Positions 25,848 through 35,270 of a stretch of DNA of 44,720 nucleotides are shown piece by piece; within the stretch, counting starts at the first letter, position 1; every line of letters starts with the position of its first letter. The position numbers and the translations under genes were made by a program. The notes under the pieces were generated by a model. The model saw only the letters and a program-made list of their open reading frames with translations. It was not told the origin of the DNA and made no database searches. The stretch is taken from positions 1 through 44,720 of IMG/VR virus record IMGVR_UViG_3300037445_000060; one strand, written 5' to 3'. Source of the stretch: a virus (Duplodnaviria > Caudoviricetes).

Positions 25848-28800
25848 GCGGAATCTCTCCAGGCGTAGGAGGGCGTGCCGGCCTCGGCCGTGATGGTGAT
25901 GCCGTAGAGCTGGCGGGACATGCAGGCGACGAGCGCCGCGGTGGCCTCGTCAGCGTCGGCCTCGGGGACCATGGCCACGATCTCGTCGTGGACCGGCAGC
26001 ACCACGCCGCCGCCCCAGCGGGTCTCGTCCCAGGCCAGGAGCGCATCCACGAGCAGTTCGCGCGCAGTGCCCTGGATGCAGTAGTTGGGCGCCTTGTGCG
26101 GGTATTCGCGCGGAAGGTGAATGATCCGCCCGGCGTAGGTCGGCATCTGGGTGGCGCCGCTGCGCACGGCCCGCTTGACGTCGTCGGCCCAGCGCACGTA
26201 ATCGGGCGCGACCAGGCGGAGCGAGTCGACGATGGCGGCCATGACCGTCTCAGGCACGCCGACCTGGCGCGCGAGTGACGGCACGCTGCCGCCGTACGCC
26301 CAGCCGAACACGCCGCGCTTGGCGGTGTACCGGTCCGCCTTGGTCCAGCCGGGCCCGAAGGCCTGCTCGGCGACCATGGCGTGCAGGTCGGCACCGTCGG
26401 CCAGGATCTTGACCAGGTTGGGATCCTGGCTGAGCGCGGCCATGACGCGGATCTCGACACCGCTGAAGTCGGCCGAGACGAGGACGTGACCGGGGTCGGC
26501 GGTGATGCAGGCGCGCACGCCCCCCTGGCGCGGCAGCTGCTGCAGGTTGGGCCGGACGCACGACATCCGGCCGGTGTCGGTGCCCAGGGTGTAGATGGTG
26601 GGCCGGGCCCGGCCGTCGCCGCGCTCGCAGAGGACCCTGTAGGGCGCCAGGAACAGCCCCAGCACCGTTTCGTGGTGGCGGTAGTCCAGGACCGCGGAAA
26701 TGAGCTCTCCGGCCTCTCCAGGGGTCGCGCGGAGGGCTTCCAGGACGCCGGCCGCCACGCTCGGCTGTCCGTCAGGGAACCTCGTCGAGGGCTGGGTCCG
26801 CGGCAGTGCCACGCCGAGGTCGGTGAGGCGCTGGGCCAGCTGGCGGTCACTGCCCGCGTCGGGCACGCCGAGGTCGGCCATGCGCGCCGCGGCGGCGGCC
26901 ATGGCGGGCCGATGCTCGGCGGTGAGCTCCTGCACGCGGGCGTGGTCGATGCGCAGGCCGCGGTGGGTCACGCGGGCGGTGATGCGCTGCACGGCGCGCT
27001 CACGGGCCACGAGGTCGGGCGGTGGCTGGGGGAGGCGGGCGGCGAGCGCGGCGGTGTCGAGGACGTCGCTCGCGGCGTAGATCTCCATGGTGGCGCACGT
27101 CGGGTCGACCTGGGCCCAGCCGGACCGCTCGAGCGGCGTGGTCGCCTCGGTCTTCTCGAGCCACTTGTTGACCTTGAACATGGCGGCGCGGGCCCGGTCG
27201 GCGTCGAGGGCCACCGCGGCCGGGCCGAGGACGTTGGCGGCGAGGTGCTTGAGGTCGGGGTCGCTGCCTGTGCTCTGCGGGTCGGCGAGCTTGGCCGGGA
27301 TGACCGTGTCGTGCATCCGCTCCCAGGCGGACTCGTCGGTCAGGCCGGCGTGCTCGAGGAGCACCAGGTCGGCGGTCGCCGAATGGGCGTGCAGGATCCG
27401 GGCGCCGGCGAGGGCGATCTTGGCCATCTCGGCGTAGTCCGGGTCGGCCGGGTCGAGGATCACGGCGGTGTGCTCGTCGCCGAGCTGGACGGTCCGCAGG
27501 ACGTAGTCGGCGTGGCCGATCGGGTAGCCGGAGTGCTCGACGTCAACGGTCAGCGCGCCACCGGTTCGCTCGGCGGCAGCCAAGATCACTGCCACGGCGC
27601 CGGCCTGATCGACCGCCGTGATCACTCCGGCGCGGTCCACGGCCACCGGCAGGGGTGTCGACTCGCCCGCCGCGGCTCGCCGGGCCTCGGCCCGCTCCGC
27701 CTCCTTGAGCGCAGCCTTCGTGATCTTGGTCTTGGGGGCCTCGGTGGAGGGTTGAAGGGTTGAGGGGTTATTTCCCGGTCGGCTCTCCTGTGTGTGTGTG
27801 CGTGCGTGTACTGCGGTAGAGGGGAACGAACCCTTCAACCCTTCACCCAAAGTTGAAATTGTGGGGTTGACCTGGGGTTCTGCCGGTGAAGGGTTGCTGT
27901 TTGAACCCTTCACCAACCCTTCACCGGAAGGGGTAAACCCTTCACCGATGGGCGCATCGCGGCGAGCGGGCGAGCCCGCCGGTGAAGGGTTGGGGGGTTC
28001 CGGTGAAGGGTTGGCGTGAGCCGGTGAAGGGTTGGCCCCAGCCGTCGGCAACCATCCACCGCCGTACTGACGGAGCTTCAGCGGGCGCCGATTCCCGGCC
28101 TTGGTGTGCTGGACGCGGAACCCTCGGTTGTTGAGCTCGCGCCCCCACCGGGTCTCGCTGGGCGCCACCCACGAGGAAGGCTTGCCGACCCGGGCCCACA
28201 CCACGAACGCCTCGTACAGGGTCCGGCTGCGCTCGCCGTACTCGTCCGGCTGCGTCTCCTCGTCGAGCCAGGTGGCGATCGGGTCCTGCTCGGCGGCGAT
28301 CTCCTCGGCCCGGAACCGGTAGGCCTCCGGCGCGGCCGCGGTGTAGGCGCTGGCCGGGTCGGCGAGCCAGGCGGCGGCCTCGCGCATGAGCGTGGCCAGG
28401 ACGCCCGGGGCCTCGGCGCGCCAGGCGCGGCCGCCGGTGTGCCCGATGGCGGCCCGGGCGGCGATGACCCGGTCCGGGTCGCCCTCGCACGGGATGAGCC
28501 GGACCCGGCTGCGCACCGCGGCGTCGGTCAGGATCGGCTCGTCGTTGGCGGTGAGCACCAGGGTGTGGCTGGGCGTGAACGTCACCGGGTTGGTGTTCAT
28601 CTGGTTGCCGGTGAGGTCGCCGCCGCCGGTGAGTTGCTTCAGCCGCTCCTGGCCGAGCCGCCCTTCCCGCGGGCCCTCGTCGATGAACGACAGCCGGCGC
28701 CCCATGAGGGCGTAGATGATCGAGGCGTGCGCCTTGTCGACGCCGGTGAGCAGGCGGGGGTCGGCGGCGTGCGCGTACGTGCCGAGCACCGACATGATCA

Positions 28801-30499
28801 GGACGACCGCCTGGGTCTTGCCGCGGTCCTTCTCGCCGAGCATGATCGGCAGCACCTTGTCGCTGTAGCCGGTCACGGCCACGGACAGCACGCGCAGCGC
28901 CCACGCCCGCAGGTCCGGGTCGGGCCAGACGGCGGCCAGGAAGGCGTCCCAGAGCGGCGTCGGCCGCATGTCCGGGCGCACCGCGGCGCTGTGCAGGTGC
29001 GGCGTCGCTGGATCCACCCGGGCCAGGGTGGGTTCCTGCCGGCAGGCGCGCAGGTCGAACGGCAGGCCGCCGGCCCACAGCAGCCACGGCTCCCGGTCCA
29101 GCTGGCCGACCTTGAGCGCGTTGGGGTGTACACCGCCGGCGACCCGGTCGCGCATCTTGGCCGCGATGCCCCGCGACGGCCCCGAGGACATGAACCGCTT
29201 GCGGCGCTCGGCCTGCTCCTTGGCCTCGCTGCCCTTCTCCGCGTCCGGGTCGCCGTGTGGCATCCGGTCGGCGAGCAGCGCGACGGCCCAGGCGGCGAGG
29301 TCGCCGCGGGTCTCCCACACGTCGGGCCCGCGCAGCAGCCACACGCCGGCGTCGTAGCCGTAGCGCAGCACCGGCAGCGTGCGCTCGAGCACTGCGTCGG
29401 CCAGGGGCTGGTCAAGGCCGGCGCGCGGATTGAACTCGTGCGCGCCGATGATCTCGAACGGGTGCAGCTGCTGCATCGGCTCGATCGGGTCGAGCGGCAC
29501 GCCGCCGACGTCCGCGGGCCGGTCGTCGACGGGCGCCGGCGCGGCGAGCGGCACCGTCCCGACGGCGAAGCAGGGGTCGCGGTCGACCTGGCGCGCGCCG
29601 ACGACGGTCACGGCCTTGCGCGCCGAGGTGAGCAGCATCCGCTCGAACTCGTCGGCGCGGCCCTCGCCCGCGGTCAGGGTCTCCCACCGCACGCGCAGGC
29701 CTTCCAGGGCGCTGCCCGCGCCGGGGTGGCCGGCCGCGCCGAGCTGGACGAGGTGGTGCACCCGGCCCACGGCGGTGTCGTGCCGCGACCCGGACGACGC
29801 CGCCTCGATCTCGGCCACGGCCTTGCGGGTGGCGTCGGCGACCTCGGCGCATGGCTCGCGCCAGTCGGCCATGAGCACCGAGAGCAGCACCTGCCCGCTC
29901 GCGCGGTCGGCGGCGACGGGCCCGGCCTCGGTGGCGCCCTCACGCAGCCCGGCCACCCACGCCGCCGGCAGTTCGGGGAGTTCGTCCGGCTTCGGGACGC
30001 TGGCGGTGAGCGCGCCGGACGGGTCGTACCAGCAGTAGGGCGCGCCGACCTCGTGGTGCGGGCTGGGCGCGACGACGGCGTACCGGTGGTGCCGCTGGAT
30101 GATCTCGATCGACTCGCCGAGCTTGGTGGCGTAGCGGCCGGGCGGCACGCGGTAGAAGCGGATGCCCGACGGCAGGTCGCGCGCGCTCGAGCGCCAGGTC
30201 GGGGGCAGCGGGCCCCAGAGGCGCTCGTGCTCGGCGAGGCTGTCGCCGCCGCGCTTGTCGACCTCGCCCTTGCGGTAGTGGTCCACGTCGATGCCGATCA
30301 CGCCCTCGGGCATGCGCAGGGCGATCGAGTGCTCGGCGTGGCTGCCCACCCAGGCGATCAGGTCCTCGGCGGTGGTGTCGCGGCCGTCCGCGCCGGTGAA
30401 GCCGACCGGCGGCGGATGCTTCGCCGCGCCCGGCACCGGCAGGATGCACGGCCACCCGGCCAGGGCGTAGTCGGCGACGCCGTCAGCGAACGGACGCAC
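25844..30499 (-). CDS. Fused Prim-Pol primase / D5-P4-type SF3 helicase / family A DNA polymerase with 3'-5' exonuclease
   Basis: Prim-Pol (GWPCILP..KHP, IGIDVD, YAVVAPSPH); SF3 (GEKDRGKT, FIDEG, LTAND); Exo I-III (VDVE, HSATADL, YAASDV); PolA (TGRMS..PNLQQLPR, ADFSGVEIR, RYTAKRGVFGWAYG, NYCIQGTA, VHDEI). Confidence 0.93.
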   Translation of the reverse strand: MRPFADGVADYALAGWPCILPVPGAAKHPPPVGFTGADGRDTTAEDLIAWVGSHAEHSIALRMPEGVIGIDVDHYRKGEVDKRGGDSLAEHERLWGPLPPTWRSSARDLPSGIRFYRVPPGRYATKLGESIEIIQRHHRYAVVAPSPHHEVGAPYCWYDPSGALTASVPKPDELPELPAAWVAGLREGATEAGPVAADRASGQVLLSVLMADWREPCAEVADATRKAVAEIEAASSGSRHDTAVGRVHHLVQLGAAGHPGAGSALEGLRVRWETLTAGEGRADEFERMLLTSARKAVTVVGARQVDRDPCFAVGTVPLAAPAPVDDRPADVGGVPLDPIEPMQQLHPFEIIGAHEFNPRAGLDQPLADAVLERTLPVLRYGYDAGVWLLRGPDVWETRGDLAAWAVALLADRMPHGDPDAEKGSEAKEQAERRKRFMSSGPSRGIAAKMRDRVAGGVHPNALKVGQLDREPWLLWAGGLPFDLRACRQEPTLARVDPATPHLHSAAVRPDMRPTPLWDAFLAAVWPDPDLRAWALRVLSVAVTGYSDKVLPIMLGEKDRGKTQAVVLIMSVLGTYAHAADPRLLTGVDKAHASIIYALMGRRLSFIDEGPREGRLGQERLKQLTGGGDLTGNQMNTNPVTFTPSHTLVLTANDEPILTDAAVRSRVRLIPCEGDPDRVIAARAAIGHTGGRAWRAEAPGVLATLMREAAAWLADPASAYTAAAPEAYRFRAEEIAAEQDPIATWLDEETQPDEYGERSRTLYEAFVVWARVGKPSSWVAPSETRWGRELNNRGFRVQHTKAGNRRPLKLRQYGGGWLPTAGANPSPAHANPSPEPPNPSPAGSPARRDAPIGEGFTPSGEGLVKGSNSNPSPAEPQVNPTISTLGEGLKGSFPSTAVHARTHTQESRPGNNPSTLQPSTEAPKTKITKAALKEAERAEARRAAAGESTPLPVAVDRAGVITAVDQAGAVAVILAAAERTGGALTVDVEHSGYPIGHADYVLRTVQLGDEHTAVILDPADPDYAEMAKIALAGARILHAHSATADLVLLEHAGLTDESAWERMHDTVIPAKLADPQSTGSDPDLKHLAANVLGPAAVALDADRARAAMFKVNKWLEKTEATTPLERSGWAQVDPTCATMEIYAASDVLDTAALAARLPQPPPDLVARERAVQRITARVTHRGLRIDHARVQELTAEHRPAMAAAAARMADLGVPDAGSDRQLAQRLTDLGVALPRTQPSTRFPDGQPSVAAGVLEALRATPGEAGELISAVLDYRHHETVLGLFLAPYRVLCERGDGRARPTIYTLGTDTGRMSCVRPNLQQLPRQGGVRACITADPGHVLVSADFSGVEIRVMAALSQDPNLVKILADGADLHAMVAEQAFGPGWTKADRYTAKRGVFGWAYGGSVPSLARQVGVPETVMAAIVDSLRLVAPDYVRWADDVKRAVRSGATQMPTYAGRIIHLPREYPHKAPNYCIQGTARELLVDALLAWDETRWGGGVVLPVHDEIVAMVPEADADEATAALVACMSRQLYGITITAEAGTPSYAWRDSA
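27745..28033. repeat. Iteron-like array (AACCCTTCA / TGAAGGGTT), probable replication origin
   Basis: 10 exact 9-mers at 27753, 27829, 27837, 27887, 27904, 27915, 27936, 27983, 28004, 28025 in both orientations, 2 near matches (27745, 27761), a TG/CG alternating tract 27789-27810, lower GC. Confidence 0.75.
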
Positions 30500-30659
30500 G
30501 GGTACCCGCTTTCGGGAATCGGATGGGTTGGCCGCAGGCGAGGCAGCGGTGCCACGGCTCGGAGGCGATCGGGACCGGCTGACGGCAGCGCCGGTTCGGG
30601 CACGGGCACGTGAGCATCCACCCGAGTCCTTTGGCCCTCAGCTCGGTGTTGAGGTTCAT
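30483..30659 (-). CDS. Small zinc-ribbon protein
   Basis: 58 aa MNLNTELR...CPCPNRRC...CLACG; ATGA overlap with ruvC-like gene. Confidence 0.65.
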   Translation of the reverse strand: MNLNTELRAKGLGWMLTCPCPNRRCRQPVPIASEPWHRCLACGQPIRFPKAGTRASVR

Positions 30660-31141
30660 CGCGCGGCCGCCTTGCTCAGCGGGTCGGGCAGGCCGTAGTC
30701 GCGGACCGCGCAGTACAGCGCGTGTCGGGCGGCGTCGCGGGCGTGCCGCATGCCCTTGGTCGGCTCGAGCAGACCGGCGACGTCGAGGCGCTCGTCGGTG
30801 GACCAGGGCTTCACGTCGGCTGCTGGCCGGGTCTGCACTCGGGTGTTTCCGAGCCGGGCCCACGCCTCGACCTCGCCGATCAGCGCTCGCGTGGCCAGCC
30901 CGGCTCCGGGCGTCGTGGAGCGGCCCGCGCGGAAGCTGGTGACGAACCGCTCGAGCGCGATCGTGTAGTGGCCGTCCTGCGTGATGCCGTCGAGCACGCA
31001 CGTCAACAGATCCGGGGTCACCTGCAGCGCCTGGACGTCGATCAGTTGCGCCCCGCCGAGCCCCCCGACATTGCCGCGCTGCTCAACCTGGAGGCGGACC
31101 ACGCCCGCGATCGGGCCGGGGTCGATTCCGATGATGTACAT
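30656..31141 (-). CDS. RuvC-like Holliday junction resolvase
   Basis: IIGIDPG, IALERF, HARDAARH. Confidence 0.85.
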   Translation of the reverse strand: MYIIGIDPGPIAGVVRLQVEQRGNVGGLGGAQLIDVQALQVTPDLLTCVLDGITQDGHYTIALERFVTSFRAGRSTTPGAGLATRALIGEVEAWARLGNTRVQTRPAADVKPWSTDERLDVAGLLEPTKGMRHARDAARHALYCAVRDYGLPDPLSKAAAR

Positions 31142-32905
31142 CTATGCCGCCTTCCGCAGCGAGGTGCCGCCGAGTAGCTGGGTGACGATCCGCGGGTCCT
31201 GGAGCAGGTCGGCGAGCTGGCCGGCCTTGTCGTGGAGCACGGCGCGGATGCGGGCGTCGATGGTCTTGGCGGCCACGATGTCGATGACCTCGATCGAGTC
31301 GTGGATCTCGGAGCCGATGCGATGGCAGCGGTCCTCGGCCTGCAGCGCCTCGACGAGGGACCAGGGGCGCTGGAGGAACACGACGGTTCGCGCGGCGGTG
31401 AGGGTGAGGCCGACCCCGCCGGCGCCGGTGGTGACGCAGAGCAGGCCGAGCTTGCCGCGCTGGAACGCCTCGACGGTGTCGGTCCGCTCCTTCATGGACT
31501 GGCCGCCGACGACGTACCCGACCTGGTGCCCGGCCTTCGCGGCGAGCTCGCCGGCCAGCACCGCCAGCTGGCGCGACGGGGTGAACGCCACCACCTGCTC
31601 ACCCGGGCGCTCGTCGAGGACCTCCAGGAGCGCGTCGACCTTCCACGAGGGCGCCTTGAGCGTGACCCGCACGCTCTCCGTTTCCTCGCCGTCCGGGCCG
31701 GTCTCGCGCACGGTCTGCACGTCGGCGGCTGCGGAGGCGAGCTGCTGCAGCCGGGTCAGCTGGGCCAGGACCGACATCACCGACAGCTCGGTGCCGTCGG
31801 GCAGCTGGGCCAGCATCTGGTGCTCGAACTGGTCATAGGCGGCGCGGTACGCCGGAGGCAGGTCGACCTGGCGGACGCTGTACACCTTCGGCGGCAGCTG
31901 CTGCAGCACGTCCGCCTTGGCGACCCGGCGGTGCTGGCCGAGCAGGGTGGTGCGCATCTCGGCCTCGGTGGCCGCGTTCAGCCCGAGGACCTTCGAGGAG
32001 TAGTCGCCCTGCACGGTGAGGCAGTAGCGCGCCTTCCACCGCTCCCCGCTCGGCCACGCCAGGGGCGCCAGGGCCTCGAGCGTCGGCCAGAGGTCGCCGG
32101 GGTGGTGGGTAATCGGCGTCCCGGACAGCGCCACGAACTGCTCCGCGCGCTTCGCCAGGCGGCGGGCGGCGACCGACCGGGCCGAGTGCGCCGACTTGAT
32201 CAGGTGGCACTCGTCGACGACCACCGTGCGCGCGGCGAGCCGGTCGAGCGGCCGGCCCTTCGCGGCGTCCATGCGCGCGGTGTCGTACGAGGTGACGAGG
32301 ACGTGCGCCTGTGTACTGGCCGGCCGCGCGGCGAGCCGGCGGCGCTGCTCCGGGCTGCCCCGCCAGGCGTTGACCCGCCAGCCGGGCGCCCAGGTCTGCC
32401 ACGCCTCGATCCACGGGTCCACGACGGACGCCGGGGCGATGACCACGACGGGCGCGACCTGGTGCCCGGCCGCGGCCCGCTCGAGCAGCCCGAGAATCGT
32501 GGTGATCGTCTTGCCGGTGCCGGGGTCGTCGAAGAGCAGCGCCCGGCCGAGCGCCCCGATCATGAGCGCGCCCTCGACCTGGTACGGCCGGGGTGTCAGG
32601 CCTTCGGGCAGCGGGAAGGACAGCGCGCCGCCGGCCGGCATCCGCCGAACCGTCTCCGCGCGCAGCCAATCGAGGAGCCGCGGCCCCGGCCGCCACATCG
32701 CGCCGAAGATGTGCGACAGCTGCACGATGGCGGCCCAGGTGGCCGGCAGGACGAGCGCGCCGGGCGGGTTGGACGGCTTCACGAGGGGCGTCAGGAGCTG
32801 GATCAGCTGGGCCATGCGCTCGATGGCGGCGTCGGGGCCGGTGCCGATCAGCACGATCTGGGCCCCGTCGGCGGTCAGCTCGCCGTGCAGCGCGGCGCCG
32901 TTCAC
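31142..32905 (-). CDS. SNF2-family helicase/ATPase
   Basis: PRPYQ, DDPGTGKT, VVDECH, LSGTP, GVGLTLT, QAEDRCHRIG; GTG start overlapping the upstream stop (alternative ATG 32914). Confidence 0.92.
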   Translation of the reverse strand: MNGAALHGELTADGAQIVLIGTGPDAAIERMAQLIQLLTPLVKPSNPPGALVLPATWAAIVQLSHIFGAMWRPGPRLLDWLRAETVRRMPAGGALSFPLPEGLTPRPYQVEGALMIGALGRALLFDDPGTGKTITTILGLLERAAAGHQVAPVVVIAPASVVDPWIEAWQTWAPGWRVNAWRGSPEQRRRLAARPASTQAHVLVTSYDTARMDAAKGRPLDRLAARTVVVDECHLIKSAHSARSVAARRLAKRAEQFVALSGTPITHHPGDLWPTLEALAPLAWPSGERWKARYCLTVQGDYSSKVLGLNAATEAEMRTTLLGQHRRVAKADVLQQLPPKVYSVRQVDLPPAYRAAYDQFEHQMLAQLPDGTELSVMSVLAQLTRLQQLASAAADVQTVRETGPDGEETESVRVTLKAPSWKVDALLEVLDERPGEQVVAFTPSRQLAVLAGELAAKAGHQVGYVVGGQSMKERTDTVEAFQRGKLGLLCVTTGAGGVGLTLTAARTVVFLQRPWSLVEALQAEDRCHRIGSEIHDSIEVIDIVAAKTIDARIRAVLHDKAGQLADLLQDPRIVTQLLGGTSLRKAA

Positions 32906-33051
32906 ACCAACCATGCCCGCTCCCAGCGGATGACAAGGAACGGCAGCGGGCACACATAGATGTAGTCCTCTGACACATAGGCACCGACCCATGCGTCACG
33001 CGGCTCGATGTAGACCAGGAGCCGTCCGCGGAACAGGTGAAGGCGTTTCAT
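32902..33051 (-). CDS. Small hydrophobic/aromatic hypothetical protein (below ORF-track cutoff)
   Basis: Hand translation: MKRLHLFRGRLLVYIEPRDAWVGAYVSEDYIYVCPLPFLVIRWERAWLV, 49 aa; GAGG RBS; GTGA overlap with the helicase start. Confidence 0.72.
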   Translation of the reverse strand: MKRLHLFRGRLLVYIEPRDAWVGAYVSEDYIYVCPLPFLVIRWERAWLV

Positions 33052-33143
33052 CTCTACCTCGCAGGTCGGGCGGCGGGATCTGGGAGAGTCACCGCCCGGC
33101 CCGGACGCCGGGGAAGTGGCGGCCGGGCCGGACAGTCACCCGC

Positions 33144-34160
33144 TCAGGCCGCGGCCTGCTGGCCGGTGAGCTTGGCGAAGAGCGCCGCCTGGTCCGGGCT
33201 GAAGCCGGCAGGGGCACCCGCGGTGGTAGCCGGAACGCTCACCGACTGAGGCGTGTACTGCGGCTGCGGCGCTGGGGCAGGCTGCGGGGGCGCCTGGGGC
33301 GGCATCGGCTGCGCGGGCGGCTGGGCGTAGTGCGCCGGCGCCGCGGCGTAGGTCGGGATCTGCTCCGGTCCGGCGGTGGGCGGGTAGCCCGGCGCGTACG
33401 TGGACGGTGCCGCGTACTGCGGCTGCGGTGCGACCTCGCCCGCACTGACCGGGGCGGCCGGGTTGTTGTACTGCTCGACCGGACCGCCCGGCATCTGGGC
33501 CGGAGCCGCGCCCTGCGGCCGCACGTACTCGACGCGGTACTGGTACGCCGGGCTCATGTTCGGCACCGGCCGCACGCCGGTGAGCGTCACGCGGATGAAC
33601 GCCCCGGCCTCGGGTGCACCCGCCGGGGCGCCGGCCTCGGCCATGGCCCGGGCGAGCTCGTCGCGCGCCTGGCCCTTGACCCACCAGCCGGCGACGCCGT
33701 CGGGGAACTCCTGGCTGGGCTGGACCTGCATCGGCACGACCATGACGAACTTCGGCCGGCCGTCCTTGAAGGTCTGGACCCGGCCGGACTGGTCGGTCTG
33801 CGCGCGGATGTCCGCGTCGGTGACCGGCCGGGCCACGAAGCCCGCGTAGCTCTTGCCGATCTGCGGCTGGCGGTTGGCGTCCATGAACTTGAACGACGGG
33901 CCGCCGCCCCCGCTCGGCTGGCTGTAGTAGGAGTCCAGGCTGCCGGTCGGCAGCGGCGGGGCCGGTGGCGCGGGCGCGGCGTAGGGGTTGGGCGCGTACT
34001 GCGGCTGTGCATAACCCTGTGGATAAGCCGGGGGCTGCTGGGGGTACTGCGGCGCGGGCGCCATCGGGTAGGTGGGCTGCGGCGGGTACTGCGGGGCCGG
34101 TGCGGTCGGGTACTGGGGCATCGGCGGCGCGTACTGCTGCGGCGGGTAGTTCGGCTGCAT
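33144..34160 (-). CDS. Putative single-stranded DNA-binding protein with Pro/Gln/Tyr-rich tails
   Basis: From MQPNYPP with GAGGAA RBS; core GGGGPSFKF...FKDGRPKF...WVKG resembles actinophage SSBs; adjacent to the Cas4-like nuclease. Confidence 0.65.
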   Translation of the reverse strand: MQPNYPPQQYAPPMPQYPTAPAPQYPPQPTYPMAPAPQYPQQPPAYPQGYAQPQYAPNPYAAPAPPAPPLPTGSLDSYYSQPSGGGGPSFKFMDANRQPQIGKSYAGFVARPVTDADIRAQTDQSGRVQTFKDGRPKFVMVVPMQVQPSQEFPDGVAGWWVKGQARDELARAMAEAGAPAGAPEAGAFIRVTLTGVRPVPNMSPAYQYRVEYVRPQGAAPAQMPGGPVEQYNNPAAPVSAGEVAPQPQYAAPSTYAPGYPPTAGPEQIPTYAAAPAHYAQPPAQPMPPQAPPQPAPAPQPQYTPQSVSVPATTAGAPAGFSPDQAALFAKLTGQQAAA

Positions 34161-34170
34161 CGCGTTCCTC

Positions 34171-34971
34171 TCAGGTCGTGGCGCCCGGGCATCCGGGGCC
34201 GTTGTCGCGCTTGGACTGGGGTCGGTAGAAGGGGCAGAAGAAGCACTCGTCGTCATCGGGTGCAGTGGGAATGTCAGTGATCAGTTGGCGTCCGCTGAGC
34301 ACTTCTTCTGCCATTGCCTTTCGTCGATCGGTGAGGCGGAATACCTCGTCGATCAGCGCGTCGTCCTGCGGCCCCGTGGCCCGCTCCCAGACGTAGAGTC
34401 CGTCGAGGGAGGCGGCCGTGCGGGGGTAGGCGGCCAGCGCGACGCGCGTCACCGGCAGCCCAAGATTGCGGTAGCCCTTGCCGTAGAGCAGGAGCTGAAT
34501 GACGTATTTGATCGGCGGCCCGCTCTTGCTCCGCACCTTCGCCATGCTGGATTCGCCAAGGCATTTGTGATCGACCACGGCAAATTCCTTGGCGTCGTAC
34601 AGATCGGCGGTGCCGGAGTGGTCCGGGTGCGGCGTGACGCGCTGCTCCGCCAGCCATCGGGGGAAGTCGAGCCCGGCGTTGGCGGCGGTGAACGCGTCGG
34701 CCAGCCAGGCGTGCAGCGCGGTCCCGACGATCGACGGCCACGGGTCGACGACGTGGTTGGTGACCGGCAGGCCGGCCAGCTTCCCCACCACCTGCCGGTC
34801 GCACGGCACGCCCAGCTCCGACGGCCCCAGGTGCCGCTGCAGGTTGCGGGCGCTGCCGTTGGCCTGCTCGACGACGACCCGGCGGAGCTCGCCCGCGTAC
34901 CGGCTCGCCCAGGGGGTGTTGCCCTCCAGGCGCGCCGGCGCCGCCGACATGAACTCGCTGACGGTGGTCAT
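34171..34971 (-). CDS. Cas4/RecB-like PD-(D/E)XK exonuclease
   Basis: GPSELGVPCDR, GTALH, GTADLYD..VVDHK, QLLLY, CFFCPF...C (one plus three Cys, Fe-S pattern). Confidence 0.88.
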   Translation of the reverse strand: MTTVSEFMSAAPARLEGNTPWASRYAGELRRVVVEQANGSARNLQRHLGPSELGVPCDRQVVGKLAGLPVTNHVVDPWPSIVGTALHAWLADAFTAANAGLDFPRWLAEQRVTPHPDHSGTADLYDAKEFAVVDHKCLGESSMAKVRSKSGPPIKYVIQLLLYGKGYRNLGLPVTRVALAAYPRTAASLDGLYVWERATGPQDDALIDEVFRLTDRRKAMAEEVLSGRQLITDIPTAPDDDECFFCPFYRPQSKRDNGPGCPGATT

Positions 34972-34976
34972 GGCGC

Positions 34977-35270
34977 CTACCGCCCGAATCGCGTGGGGAC
35001 GGTGTCCGGCCGGCTCGCGGTGCCCACAGCGGCGAAGTGCCCGACCCGCGTACGTGCCCGGGGCACGGCAGCCAGCGCGGTCATGTGCGAGACGTAGGGC
35101 CCGAGCAGGTAGGCCACCCGGGCGCCGGAGCGGGCCGTGACGTAGAACCTTGCGCCAGGCCGCACCACGATCGCGGGAAGGGGCGCCTGCTTCCACTTGG
35201 CTCGCAGGTACCGCTTGGCGCCGTCGAGGGTGCCGATCCCGGTGTTGAGGTATGTCATACGCCCGTTCAT
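34977..35270 (-). CDS. Hypothetical basic protein
   Basis: 97 aa from MNGRMTY; ATGA overlap. Confidence 0.65.
   Translation of the reverse strand: MNGRMTYLNTGIGTLDGAKRYLRAKWKQAPLPAIVVRPGARFYVTARSGARVAYLLGPYVSHMTALAAVPRARTRVGHFAAVGTASRPDTVPTRFGR

Noticed and set aside
27745-28033. Repeat cluster as a CRISPR array
   Set aside because: Repeats are only 9-13 bp, occur in both orientations with irregular spacing and lie within a CDS
34171-34971. Cas4-like gene as evidence of a CRISPR-Cas system
   Set aside because: No repeat-spacer array or other cas genes seen; solo Cas4-like nucleases are routine in phage recombination modules
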